DNA of 64,000 nucleotides from an uncultured Gemmatimonadales bacterium (GCA_963728915.1 CAVSLV010000001.1:800001-864000); one strand, 5' to 3'. Numbered from the stretch's first letter, positions 10,040-23,851 are shown. Program-made: numbers and translations. The notes: generated from the letters alone by a model not told the origin.

Positions 10040-10675
10040 ATGCGCTCACTCGCCGAGACGCTGCTCCTCCTCGTAGTCCTGACCGATTTCGCGGTGCTGG
10101 CGACTTCCCGACTGAGTGCCGGGATACGCGCCGTCGCACTCCAGGGCGTTCTCCTGGGCGCGCTCTCGCTGGCGCTCGACGGAACCTGGTCGATCCATGC
10201 CCTTGGACTGGCGCTGGGCACCATCGGGATCAAGGCCCTGCTGTTGCCCTGGTTCCTGCGCTGGGCCATTCGGGAGGCTTCGGTGCGACGGGAGATGGAG
10301 CCCCTGGTCGGGTACATGACTTCCTTCCTGCTGGGCGCGGCAGCGCTGGTGGTGGCGTTCGCGGTTGCGGCGCGGCTCCCCCCAATCACTTCCGCCAGGA
10401 TGCTGGTCCCGGTGGCGCTGGTCACCCTGATCATCGGGCTGATCGTGCTGATCACCCGGACCAAAGCCCTGAGCCAGGTCCTCGGCTATCTCATCCTGGA
10501 GAACGGGATCTATCTCTTCGGCCTCACCCAGGCCCGCCGGGTCCCCTTCCTGGTCGAAGCCGGCGTGCTGCTGGATGTGTTTGTCGGCGTGTTCGTGATG
10601 GGGATCGTGGTCTTCCACATCAACCGGGAATTCGACTCGATCTCGGCCCTCAACCTCACGGAGCTCAAGGAGTGA
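10040..10675 (+). CDS. hyfE: HyfE-like membrane subunit
   Basis: QVLGYLILENGIY, VEAGVLLDV; operon position. Confidence 0.88.
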   Translation: MRSLAETLLLLVVLTDFAVLATSRLSAGIRAVALQGVLLGALSLALDGTWSIHALGLALGTIGIKALLLPWFLRWAIREASVRREMEPLVGYMTSFLLGAAALVVAFAVAARLPPITSARMLVPVALVTLIIGLIVLITRTKALSQVLGYLILENGIYLFGLTQARRVPFLVEAGVLLDVFVGVFVMGIVVFHINREFDSISALNLTELKE

Positions 10676-12111
10676 TCCTGTTTGCCCTGCTCCTGGTGCC
10701 GGCTCTCGGCGTGGCGCTGGCCTTCCTGACCAGGTCGGAGCGGGTCCGCTCCGGTCTCTTTCTGGGCGGGGCAGTGGTTCACCTGGCCCTGGTAGGCAGT
10801 CTCTGGGTGGCGCCGGCAGGATCGACGCTGGGCGGCTGGCTCGCGGTCGACGCCACCGGATTGATGGTCCTCACCCTTCTCACCGTGCTGTTTCTGGTGG
10901 TGGCACACTACACCACCGGATTCCTGGGCAGTCGCAGGACGCGCGAGCATCGGGTGTACGTCAGTTGTCTGTTCGCCTTTCTGGCCGGTTCCACGCTCGT
11001 CACTCTCAGTCACCACCTGGCTTTGTTGTGGGTGGGAATGGAGGCGTCCACGCTGTCGGTAGCGCCTCTCATCTATGACCGCCACGACCGGCGATCCCTC
11101 GAGGCGGTGTGGAAATATCTGGTGCTCTCCTCGGTGGGAATCGCTTTCGCCTTGCTGGCGGTGTTCCTGCTGGCGACCGCCCAACCGTCCCTGCCAGGAT
11201 CCCGGCCCCTGGTGCTCGAGGACCTCCTGGCGGAGTCCGCCAGCCTGGATCGCTACTGGCTCCGGGCCGCCTTCGTCTTTGCCCTGGTGGGTTTCGGCAC
11301 CAAGATGGGTCTTGCCCCGCTGCACACCTGGAAGCCGGATACCTACGGCGAAGCGCCCAGTCCGGTCGCCGCGCTGATGGCCGGCGGTCTCACGACCTGC
11401 GGCTTCCTCGGATTGGTCCGATTTACCCAGGTCGCGGTCGCGGCCGGATTGGAGCAATTCGTCCGACCCCTGCTCCTCGGCTTCGGGCTGGTGTCGCTCG
11501 CCGTCGCAGCGGCCTTCATCATCGGACAGGCCGATCTCAAGCGGCTGCTGGCCTACTCGAGCGTCGAGCACATGGGTCTGCTGGTTCTGGGTCTCGGCAT
11601 CGGCGGGTTAGGAACGTATGGCGCCATCCTGCACGCCCTGAACAACGGGCTGGTCAAGGTGCTCCTGTTCCTCGCGATCGGAAACCTGGTGCTGCTGTCC
11701 GGCTCCTCGGCCGCGGCCGATCTGCGCGGCATGCTCCGGATCCGGCCGGTCTCCGCCGGGCTCGTCGTGATCGGGCTCTTCGCGGTGACCGGATCTCCCC
11801 CGTTCGGACCTTTCCTCAGCGAATTCGCCATCGTGGGTGGCGCCTTCCGCGAGCATCACCCCTGGATCGCCACCGTCGCACTCCTGCTCCTGGCGGTGAT
11901 CTTCGTCGGGATCGCCCACATGATTCTCGAGGTGGTGCTGGGCACCCCGCTCGAGTCACCCTCGCCCGAAGTGGAACCGGAGCGTCCCTGGATGATCCTC
12001 GGGCCCCTGGCTCTCACCGCGCTGGTGCTGTTGCTGGGCAGCTACCTGCCGGGTCCGCTCCGCGAACAGCTCGCCCGATCGGCCGCGTCGCTCGGCGGCG
12101 CGATTCCATGA
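10672..12111 (+). CDS. hyfF: HyfF-like antiporter subunit
   Basis: LEAVWKYL, GTKMGLAPLHTWKPD, KRLLAYSSVEHMG. Confidence 0.9.
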   Translation: MILFALLLVPALGVALAFLTRSERVRSGLFLGGAVVHLALVGSLWVAPAGSTLGGWLAVDATGLMVLTLLTVLFLVVAHYTTGFLGSRRTREHRVYVSCLFAFLAGSTLVTLSHHLALLWVGMEASTLSVAPLIYDRHDRRSLEAVWKYLVLSSVGIAFALLAVFLLATAQPSLPGSRPLVLEDLLAESASLDRYWLRAAFVFALVGFGTKMGLAPLHTWKPDTYGEAPSPVAALMAGGLTTCGFLGLVRFTQVAVAAGLEQFVRPLLLGFGLVSLAVAAAFIIGQADLKRLLAYSSVEHMGLLVLGLGIGGLGTYGAILHALNNGLVKVLLFLAIGNLVLLSGSSAAADLRGMLRIRPVSAGLVVIGLFAVTGSPPFGPFLSEFAIVGGAFREHHPWIATVALLLLAVIFVGIAHMILEVVLGTPLESPSPEVEPERPWMILGPLALTALVLLLGSYLPGPLREQLARSAASLGGAIP

Positions 12112-13625
12112 CCGGAACGATTCGGGACAGCGTCCCGCTCACCAATCGGCGCAGCGTGCCGCTGGGACACCTCCCCGTGCTGGAGGGGGAACGGTTCGCT
12201 GAGACGGTTGCCGAGCGGGTATCGCGAGGCTGGCGAATCGTCTCCCTCTTCGGCACTCCCGAGGCCGCCGATGGGTTGCGCCTGATCGCGGTTCTCGGAC
12301 AGGACGAGTACGGCCGCCTGGAGGCCCTGACCACGCTCACCGGACCGCAGCTGCCTCCGCTCGCTCGAGGCTGCCCTCAAGCGGCCCCGTTCGAGCGGGA
12401 GATCGTGGAACAATGCGGGGCGCTCGCTGCCGGGCCGGGGCTGATCAAGCCGCTTCGCCGCCATCCCCCGGATCACAAACCCGGCGGCTGGTCCACAGTC
12501 CCCCCTGACCGGAACGCGTATCCGTGGGTCTCTCCGGGCGGCGATGAAATTCATGAAGTCGCGGTGGGTCCGGTCCACGCCGGAATCATCGAGCCAGGAC
12601 ACTTCCGGTTCCAGGCCAACGGCGAAGAGGTCTTCGGTCTCGAAATCATGCTCGGGTATCAGCATCGAGGGGTGGAGCGGCTGCTGGAGTCCCGGGAACG
12701 TGATCGCGCGATCCTGATCGCCGAGGCCATCGCGGGTGACACGGTCATTGCCCACGCCAGCTCCTGGTGCGGGGCGATCGAGGCGCTCGCCCGAAGCCAC
12801 AAGAGTCCCCGGGCCCAGGCCATTCGCGGCATTGCGCTGGAGCTCGAGCGGCTGGCCAATCACATCGGAGACCTGGGAGCCCTGGCCGGCGATGTCGCCT
12901 ATCAGCCGGCGGCCTCCTATTTCGGGCGCTTGCGGGGGGAGTGCCTCAATCTCCTCATGCTGGTATCGGGTAACCGGTACGGGCGAGGCCTGATTCGCCC
13001 CGGCGGTGTCGCCTTCGATATCACCGCGGACATGGCGGAGGAAATCGGGAGCCGGGTGAATCGGTTGGGCCAGGAGCTCGACCCGGTGCTCGACCTCCTG
13101 TTCGAGGCCGCCTCGGTCCAGTCCCGGTTCGAAGGGGTGGGCACGGTTTCCCCCGACTGGGTCCGGCTGCACGGGTTCGTCGGCCCGGTGGCTCGCGGCG
13201 CCGGGGTCTCCCGGGACGTGCGGCACGATTACCCCTATGGGGTCTTCCGGTTCGTTCAGATTCCGGTCGCTTCCGCGTGGGCGGGTGACGTCTTCGCGCG
13301 GGCCCTGGTGCGCCGCCTCGAAATCCAGCGATCTCTCGAGTTCGTTCGGGAGCAGGTGGCAGCGCTTCCCCGCGGCGCGACCCGGGTGGGGTGCGGTTCC
13401 CTCGCGCCGAATGAGCTCGTGGTGGCGCTGGAGGAAGGATGGCGGGGTGAGGTGGTGCACGTGGTGCTTACCGACCAGGACGGCGAGATCCGGCGTCACA
13501 AGGTGACCGATCCCTCTTTTCACAACTGGACCGCCCTCGCGCTTTCCATGCGGGGAAACCAGATCTCCGATTTCCCGCTCTGCAACAAGAGCTTCAACCT
13601 CTCGTACGCGGGCCACGATCTCTGA
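12108..13625 (+). CDS. HyfG/NuoCD-like large subunit lacking NiFe-binding cysteine motifs (EhrL)
   Basis: VGPVHAGIIEPGHFRF, ELERLANH, EGWRGE, DPSFHNW; ends FPLCNKSFNLSYAGHDL; ATGA overlap at 12108. Confidence 0.9.
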   Translation: MTGTIRDSVPLTNRRSVPLGHLPVLEGERFAETVAERVSRGWRIVSLFGTPEAADGLRLIAVLGQDEYGRLEALTTLTGPQLPPLARGCPQAAPFEREIVEQCGALAAGPGLIKPLRRHPPDHKPGGWSTVPPDRNAYPWVSPGGDEIHEVAVGPVHAGIIEPGHFRFQANGEEVFGLEIMLGYQHRGVERLLESRERDRAILIAEAIAGDTVIAHASSWCGAIEALARSHKSPRAQAIRGIALELERLANHIGDLGALAGDVAYQPAASYFGRLRGECLNLLMLVSGNRYGRGLIRPGGVAFDITADMAEEIGSRVNRLGQELDPVLDLLFEAASVQSRFEGVGTVSPDWVRLHGFVGPVARGAGVSRDVRHDYPYGVFRFVQIPVASAWAGDVFARALVRRLEIQRSLEFVREQVAALPRGATRVGCGSLAPNELVVALEEGWRGEVVHVVLTDQDGEIRRHKVTDPSFHNWTALALSMRGNQISDFPLCNKSFNLSYAGHDL

Positions 13626-14329
13626 TGCTCGATCTAATCCGGAATCGCCTGGCGCAGGGAATCCATACGGCGGAATTCCCGCCCGCGCACCCCGGCTTTC
13701 CCGAACGGTTTCGGGGCCGGCCTAAGATCGAAGGCAAGGGAGACCTGCCGATCCTCGATCTCGGTGCTTGCCTGTTCAGCCCCGAGGAGGCGGTCGAGCA
13801 GCCGGGATGCCGGGTCCGCTTCACGGCGGACTACCGCATGGCGAGCCGGACCCGTGACGGCCTCGTGACTCCCAGCGGAGAACCGGAGCTGGCCACCGCC
13901 CTCAATCAGGCCATGCGAAAGCTGCTGGGTCGTTCCCTCCGGCTGCGTTCGGTTTCGGCCGGAAGCTGCAATGGCTGCGAGGCCGAGCTGGTCGCCCTCG
14001 GGAACGTGGTGTTCGACATGGCGAGATTCGGGGTGCAGTTCGTCGCTTCGCCGCGGCACGCCGATGGCATCGTGATCACCGGCGCGGTGAGCCGGAACAT
14101 GCGCGAGGCCCTGGAGCGGACCTATGCAGCGGTCCCTGACCCGCGCCTGGTCATTGCGGTCGGGGCCTGTGCCTCGAGTGGGGGACCGTTCCGGGACAGT
14201 CCCGAAGTGTTCGATGGAGTGCCGGAGAGTATCCCGGTGGATCTCTGGATTCCGGGCTGTCCTCCCCATCCGCTCACGGTTCTGGACGGCCTGCTGCGGC
14301 TGTTGGGAAAGATCGATCCATCAAAATGA
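13625..14329 (+). CDS. HyfI/NuoB-like small Fe-S subunit (EhrS)
   Basis: AGSCNGCE, SPRHAD, GACA, IPGCPPHP. Confidence 0.9.
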   Translation: MLDLIRNRLAQGIHTAEFPPAHPGFPERFRGRPKIEGKGDLPILDLGACLFSPEEAVEQPGCRVRFTADYRMASRTRDGLVTPSGEPELATALNQAMRKLLGRSLRLRSVSAGSCNGCEAELVALGNVVFDMARFGVQFVASPRHADGIVITGAVSRNMREALERTYAAVPDPRLVIAVGACASSGGPFRDSPEVFDGVPESIPVDLWIPGCPPHPLTVLDGLLRLLGKIDPSK

Positions 14330-14347
14330 CTGGTCACCGGCCACTGG

Positions 14348-16996
14348 TCACTGCTTCTTCGCTTCCGCCAGCTCGGCTTTGAACTTCGCGCCCTTCTCCG
14401 GCTGACCGAGGGAATCGTAGGCCGCCGCCAGGTCGGTCCGCGCCGCCTTGAGGAAGCTCACCGCGGGGTTGGTCTGCCGGCGGAGGATATCATAACCCGC
14501 GAGACTCTCCGCCGCGGCCTCGGCAAAGCGCCGCTGCCGGAGCAACACCCGGCCCAGCTTGATCCGGCTGATCCCCACGTTGACGTGATTCGAGTCGAGG
14601 GTCACCCGGTACACCGCCAGCGCCGAGCGGAACAGCGCCTCGGCCCGCTGGTTCTCCAGCCGCCGCATGTACACGGTGCCGAGGTTCGCCTCCGCGACGC
14701 CGAGCAGGTAGTGCCGCTCGCCGTACACCTTCCGGTAGATCTCGATCATCCGGGTGAAATACCGCTCGGCGTCGTCGAGCCGGTCCGCGGTGACCGCGAG
14801 GTTGCCCAGCTCGTTGACGCTGGACGCCACCGACGGATGGTCCGGCCCATAGACCCGCTCCCGGATGGCCAGGGACTGCCGGAGCAGGCTGTCGGCCTCG
14901 GGAAATCTGTTCTCGAAGATCAGCGCCCGGGCCAGCATGGTGAGCGCGTGGGCGGTTTCGTAATGGTCCTCCCCGTAGAATCGCCGCATGATGGCGAGTC
15001 CCTGGCGGTGGTAACGCTCGGCCTCGGTGTAGTTGCCCCGCTCGTGCTGCGCCGCGCCCAGGTTCATCAGGGTCTGTCCCACCAGCGGATGCTGGTCGCC
15101 GTACTGCGCCCGATAAATCCCCAGCACCTGCCGGTTGAGCGAGTCGGACGCGTCGTAATGGCCCGCGTAGAAGTGGGCGTCGGCGAGTCGAGCCACCGCC
15201 CCCGCCAGCTCGAGACTCGTCTCGGCCCCCCGGTACCGACTCACCGCGTCCTCCGCGGCGGCGATCGCCTCGTCGTAGCGACCCCGTTCCTCCAGCACAC
15301 TCGCCAGAGCCGTCGTGGCCTCCGCCAGCGCGGGATGGTCGGGGGGGAGGACCCGTGACCCGGTCGCGATCGCTTCGCGAATGAGGCGCTCTGCGTCCTC
15401 GAACCTGGCCTGCGAAATCCGAAGCGAGCCAAGCGCGATCAGACTCCGGGTCACCTCGACGCTGCCCGCCGGGGCCTGGGATCGACGGCTGGCGAGCGCA
15501 TCGGTCAGGAGGGAATCGGCCCGGGCCAGATGGCCCAGCTTTTCGTAAATGCTGCCCAGGGTTTCCAGCATCTCGCTCCGAAGAGCCGGGTCGGTATTGA
15601 GCGAGCGGGCCTCGAGCAAGCCGCGATCCACCAGGGTGACGACCCGGAGGCTGTCGGCGGGCCCGGCCTCGGGATCGCCGCCCTGGAACAGATTCATCGT
15701 GAAGCGCTGAATCCGCTCGGCCTTGCCGGCCTGCGCCACGGCTTCGTTCCTCGCCAGGCGGAGTCGAACGGTGTAGAAGGTGACCAACCCAACCAGTACG
15801 ACGGCGACCAGGGCGGTGAGCGCTACCGAGACCCGGTTCCTTCGCACGAACTTTCCGAACCGGTAGGTCACCGTGTCGGGGCGCGCTTCGAGCGGCTCTC
15901 CGGCGACGTAGTGGGCAACGTCCCGCGCCAGGGCCCTTACCGTCGGATAGCGCCGGGCCGGGTCCTTCTGCATCGCGGTGAGGCAGAGAATATCCAGATC
16001 GCTCCAGCCGGATCGCCCGACTGAGCCGGATCGCCCGACTGAATGGGCCGCCACCGAGCTCTTTGCGGCCACCGAAGGACGAACCGGCTCGGTGTCGAGA
16101 ATGGCCGCCTCGACCTGACCCGGGGTGCGGTTGGAGAGATCGAAGGGAAGCCTGCCGGCCAGGAGCTCGTAGAGCACCACACCCAGGGCATACACATCCG
16201 TGTAGACGCCGACTCGCTCGCCCCGGATCTGTTCCGGCGCGGCGTAGGCAGGGGTCAGGAGGCGGACTTCGGTCCGGGTCTGGTGCTCGTCCGGATCGAG
16301 GCTCTGGAGCTGTTTGGCGATTCCGAAGTCGAGCAGCTTGATACCGCCGTCCCCGGTCACCAGGATATTCGAAGGCTTGAGATCGCGATGGATCACGAGG
16401 TGCTGGTGGGCGTGCTGGACCGCGTCGCACACCGCGAGAAACAGCCCGAGCCGCTGGTTGATCGACGCGGAGCGCCCGGCGCAGTAGGTGGTGAGCGGAA
16501 CCCCTTCCACGTACTCCATGGCGATCCATGGGGTCCCGTCCTCCAGGGTCCCCGCGTCGAAGAGCCGGGCGATGGAATCGTGGGTCAGCTGGGCGAGGGT
16601 GCGCTGCTCCGCCGCGAACCGCTCCTGGCGCGCCGGAGAGAGCCAGGCATCTCGAAGGATCTTGATGGCGGCCACGCTGTCCAGGTCATCGCGGCGGGCG
16701 AGGTACACGACGCCCATGCCGCCTTCGCCGATCACCCGGATCACCCGATACGGTCCAAACCGCCTGGCAGTGGTTTCGGCGGAGTCTTCCGCGATGCCGA
16801 GGACCTGACTCGCGGTTTCGGCGAGATCGCGATCCAGCAGGTTCGAGCCGCGATCCTCCCGCACCATGGCGCGGACCAGGCCGGCGATTTCGGGGTCGTC
16901 GGCTCGGGCGCGGAGCACCGCCTCCTGCTCATCGGGCGGCAGATCGGCGACCTCGTGGAAGAGGGCCTGGATCCGGTCCCACCGCGCGGCGTCTAT
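14348..16996 (-). CDS. Hanks-type Ser/Thr kinase with TM segment and C-terminal TPR repeats
   Basis: GEGGMGVVY, HRDLKPSN, DFG, YAAPEQ; TPR repeats; start inferred at ATA 16996 (first canonical start is GTG 16918). Confidence 0.92.
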   Translation of the reverse strand: MDAARWDRIQALFHEVADLPPDEQEAVLRARADDPEIAGLVRAMVREDRGSNLLDRDLAETASQVLGIAEDSAETTARRFGPYRVIRVIGEGGMGVVYLARRDDLDSVAAIKILRDAWLSPARQERFAAEQRTLAQLTHDSIARLFDAGTLEDGTPWIAMEYVEGVPLTTYCAGRSASINQRLGLFLAVCDAVQHAHQHLVIHRDLKPSNILVTGDGGIKLLDFGIAKQLQSLDPDEHQTRTEVRLLTPAYAAPEQIRGERVGVYTDVYALGVVLYELLAGRLPFDLSNRTPGQVEAAILDTEPVRPSVAAKSSVAAHSVGRSGSVGRSGWSDLDILCLTAMQKDPARRYPTVRALARDVAHYVAGEPLEARPDTVTYRFGKFVRRNRVSVALTALVAVVLVGLVTFYTVRLRLARNEAVAQAGKAERIQRFTMNLFQGGDPEAGPADSLRVVTLVDRGLLEARSLNTDPALRSEMLETLGSIYEKLGHLARADSLLTDALASRRSQAPAGSVEVTRSLIALGSLRISQARFEDAERLIREAIATGSRVLPPDHPALAEATTALASVLEERGRYDEAIAAAEDAVSRYRGAETSLELAGAVARLADAHFYAGHYDASDSLNRQVLGIYRAQYGDQHPLVGQTLMNLGAAQHERGNYTEAERYHRQGLAIMRRFYGEDHYETAHALTMLARALIFENRFPEADSLLRQSLAIRERVYGPDHPSVASSVNELGNLAVTADRLDDAERYFTRMIEIYRKVYGERHYLLGVAEANLGTVYMRRLENQRAEALFRSALAVYRVTLDSNHVNVGISRIKLGRVLLRQRRFAEAAAESLAGYDILRRQTNPAVSFLKAARTDLAAAYDSLGQPEKGAKFKAELAEAKKQ
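16006..16041. repeat. Perfect 18-bp tandem duplication inside the kinase gene
   Basis: AGCCGGATCGCCCGACTG x2, encoding SVGRSG twice. Confidence 0.9.
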
Positions 16997-17562
16997 GGGC
17001 GAAGCTCCTGAGCCAGCCAGGCTTTTGCCGCCCTCCAGTCCCGGAGCACGGTCGCCTCGGAGATCCCGAGGAGCTCGGCGGTCTCGGCGACGTCAAGGCC
17101 ACCGAAGAACCGGCTCTCCACCATAGTTGCCTGCCGGGGACTGATTCTGGCGAGCGCTTCGAGGGCGGCGTCCAGCCCCAGGATGTCCTCCGGTCCGCGC
17201 TCCGGCACGCCCAGGGCATCGTCGAAGGTGATCGGGGCAACCCCGTCGCCTCGCTTGTGGGCGGTGCGCCGGCGCGCCGCTTCCACCAGGACCTGACGCA
17301 TGGCCCGGGCAGCGATCCGCTTGAAGTGGAGGCGCGAGGTCATGACGAAGGGGGGAGAGCTGGCCAATTTGAGCCAGGCCTCGTTGACCAGGGCAGTAGG
17401 GGAGAGGGAAGCGGCCGGATCGTCCCGACGCACCGAGGCGGCAAGCCGCCGGAGCTCCTCGTAGGTCACACTGAACAGTTGATCCAGGGCATGGCGGTCG
17501 GCGACCACCACCCCGAATTCCCCACTGACGAGCCCGTGGCTGGACGATTCCTGAGGAGGCAT
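16993..17562 (-). CDS. ECF-type sigma factor, kinase-associated type
   Basis: YEELRRLA, LSPTALVNEAWLKL, AARAMRQVLVEAARRR, VESRFFGGL...TVLRDWRAAKAWL. Confidence 0.92.
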   Translation of the reverse strand: MPPQESSSHGLVSGEFGVVVADRHALDQLFSVTYEELRRLAASVRRDDPAASLSPTALVNEAWLKLASSPPFVMTSRLHFKRIAARAMRQVLVEAARRRTAHKRGDGVAPITFDDALGVPERGPEDILGLDAALEALARISPRQATMVESRFFGGLDVAETAELLGISEATVLRDWRAAKAWLAQELRP

Positions 17563-17739
17563 CGGGGTCCGGAAGGGGGGGCGATGGCAGATACCAGCCT
17601 AATAATACGCGAGGTGGTTCCTCCCGGATCGGTGGTCGTTGCGTCCTTGTGACAGTGGGTTAGATTGGGCGACCTCAGGACCTTCCCGAAGGCGCTGGAA
17701 CTCAAAGCCGGACACGGAGATGGGTTATTCCAGCGGGCC

Positions 17740-17768
17740 TTGACCGGGGGAGGCCTCCGGTCTACATT
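17740..17768 (+). promoter_or_regulatory. rRNA operon sigma70 promoter
   Basis: TTGACC-17 nt-TACATT upstream of boxA and 16S. Confidence 0.8.
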
Positions 17769-17801
17769 GGAGGGCTCCCTGCGAATCGGGAGTTTTGTAA
17801 C

Positions 17802-17814
17802 GGCTCTTTGACAA
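17802..17814 (+). promoter_or_regulatory. boxA antitermination element (leader)
   Basis: GGCTCTTTGACAA, repeated identically in the ITS. Confidence 0.75.
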
Positions 17815-17961
17815 GTGACGTGAACGGAGAATCAGGATGGAGTGCGGGTCCTTCGATCCGTGTCCGCACAAGAGGCGGTGCACGGGGAGGACACAAATCT
17901 CTTAATCTGTGATTCGGACGACTGAGAACATCCAGTTGTTCGACCAAGAGCTGTATCGAAC

Positions 17962-19473
<1,512 letters not shown>

Positions 19474-19567
19474 GGAGCAACGAGTAACCCGCCCGCAGTT
19501 GGAGCGGCGCGAAAGTTCTCTGGTGTCGCCCGCACTTCATTCTCTCTCCGTTCGCGTTCACTCTTTT

Positions 19568-19580
19568 GGCTCTTTGACAA
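19568..19580 (+). promoter_or_regulatory. boxA element (ITS)
   Basis: GGCTCTTTGACAA. Confidence 0.75.
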
Positions 19581-19644
19581 CTGAGGTACCGGAGAACGTG
19601 GAAGGAATCCCACCGCAAGATGGAGTAGTATCAGTAGATCGTGA

Positions 19645-22597
<2,953 letters not shown>

Positions 22598-22639
22598 TCT
22601 TCCAATAACCTTTCACGTTCTCCGGGACCTCGATCTTCT

Positions 22640-22759
22640 TGGCTGCCGACTAGCGCGCGGGGGCCACACCCGTTCCCATTCCGAACACGGTCGTTAAGCC
22701 CCGTAGCGCCGATGGTACTGCGATCGCGAGATCGCGGGAGAGTAGGCCGTCGCCAGCCA
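22640..22759 (+). rRNA. rrf: 5S ribosomal RNA
   Basis: TGGCTG...CAGCCA terminal stem, CCCATTCCGAAC, GATGGTACT, GGGAGAGTAGG. Confidence 0.97.
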
Positions 22760-22767
22760 TTCCCAAC

Positions 22768-22800
22768 AAAGCCCGTCCTCGTTGCAGAGGACGGGCTTTT
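22768..22800 (+). terminator. Intrinsic terminator of the rRNA operon (possibly bidirectional)
   Basis: AAAGCCCGTCCTC-GTTGCA-GAGGACGGGCTTTT. Confidence 0.85.
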
Positions 22801-22829
22801 GGGTTTTCGAGCCGAGCCCGATCGCGGCC

Positions 22830-23471
22830 CTAGGGCACCCCGACATTCTTCATCCCTTCGAGCTTGCCGAGGTCCAGCTTGTCCACCGCGGCCTTCAAGG
22901 CATCCATATCCACTCCACGCCCCTCGGTTTCGACGATGAACCGGCTGGCCACGAGCAGGTTCAGCTCGCCATACTTGCTGTCCCGATCGTACTTCTCGTA
23001 CCCACGATACCCCTTGTAGGTGGTAGTCTTTTCGTAGCCGCTGGCGGTCTCGCGATCCACCTCCATGGTGGCCCAGGCGACCGCCGCGAGGGCGGCGACC
23101 CCGGTGACCGCGCCCATGTCGGTGATTTTGACCCTGATGCTGGATCCATCGTCGGACTCGTAACGGCCCTCGGAATAGGAGGCCACGAACCCCACCGCGC
23201 CGGCCTTCTCGCCCTCGGCGCTGCTGCGCTTCATGCCGGGAAGGTCGTCCGGAAGCAGCGCCTTGAGATCGCGAAAGTCCACCGGCTCAGAAGCCTTGAC
23301 GTTCGCCAGAGCCCCCGCGACAGTTCCCGCCGCCGTGCCTGCGGCTGCCCCGATCGCGGCACCCATCTGACGGCCAGCCTCCTGCAACTGGCGAACCGCA
23401 CCTTCAGCCTGTTTCTGCTCGGCGCTCTTGCAGGCGACCATGAGCAGGATGCCCACAATGCGGATCTTCAT
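22830..23471 (-). CDS. Hypothetical lipoprotein
   Basis: MKIRIVGILLMVA-C signal/lipobox; GC-rich third codon positions. Confidence 0.8.
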   Translation of the reverse strand: MKIRIVGILLMVACKSAEQKQAEGAVRQLQEAGRQMGAAIGAAAGTAAGTVAGALANVKASEPVDFRDLKALLPDDLPGMKRSSAEGEKAGAVGFVASYSEGRYESDDGSSIRVKITDMGAVTGVAALAAVAWATMEVDRETASGYEKTTTYKGYRGYEKYDRDSKYGELNLLVASRFIVETEGRGVDMDALKAAVDKLDLGKLEGMKNVGVP

Positions 23472-23654
23472 CGGGACTGCTCCGAAAGATTGGGGAGAAG
23501 AAACCTACCGCTTGGGGCCGGGAGTCGGGAAGGCGATGGAGAAGAAACTATCCGCCCCCATGTGGAGCGCACCACCGGGCAACAGTGTGGCGCTTCCGCC
23601 ACACTTGCGAGCTTGGGAAGCGAACGCCACTTTTTTCACCCGCCAAGGGACTCA

Positions 23655-23793
23655 ATGGAGATCCAAAGGAAGAAGATTCCGCGCCCCAGTGTTACGCGAA
23701 GAGGAGCACCTCGCCAACCTGACGCAGACCGTGAGCTCAGCCGACTGCGAACCGACAACCCTTCGCTGTTGGGGCGTCCCGCTCGGGGGATAA
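23655..23793 (+). pseudogene. Possible frameshifted lasso-like RiPP precursor
   Basis: AAGGGA SD + ATG; removing one A near 23670-23676 gives MEIQRK(K/R)FRAPVLREEEHLANLT-QTVSSADCEPTTLRCWGVPLGG*. Confidence 0.35.
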
Positions 23794-23851
23794 ACCTCGG
23801 CGGCTCCATTCGCGGAGCGTCACTCTTCTTCGTGCAAACGATCGTCGACTC

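Noticed and set aside
11109..12107. 333-aa N-terminal extension of the large subunit in the ORF track
   Set aside because: Off-frame overlap with hyfF; the real start is the ATGA overlap at 12108
7161..14329. Calling the operon a functional NiFe hydrogenase-4/formate hydrogenlyase
   Set aside because: The large subunit lacks both CxxC Ni-binding motifs; no maturation or formate dehydrogenase genes are present
14490..16529. Long alternative-frame and antisense ORFs (also 12042-13616, 32628-34286, 54396-55970, 60836-62353, 62301-63851)
   Set aside because: Shadow ORFs expected at high GC over well-supported genes; no recognisable motifs
23586..23608. Sigma54 promoter at TGGCGC...TTGC
   Set aside because: GG-to-GC spacing is 16 nt, not 10; better explained as an inverted repeat
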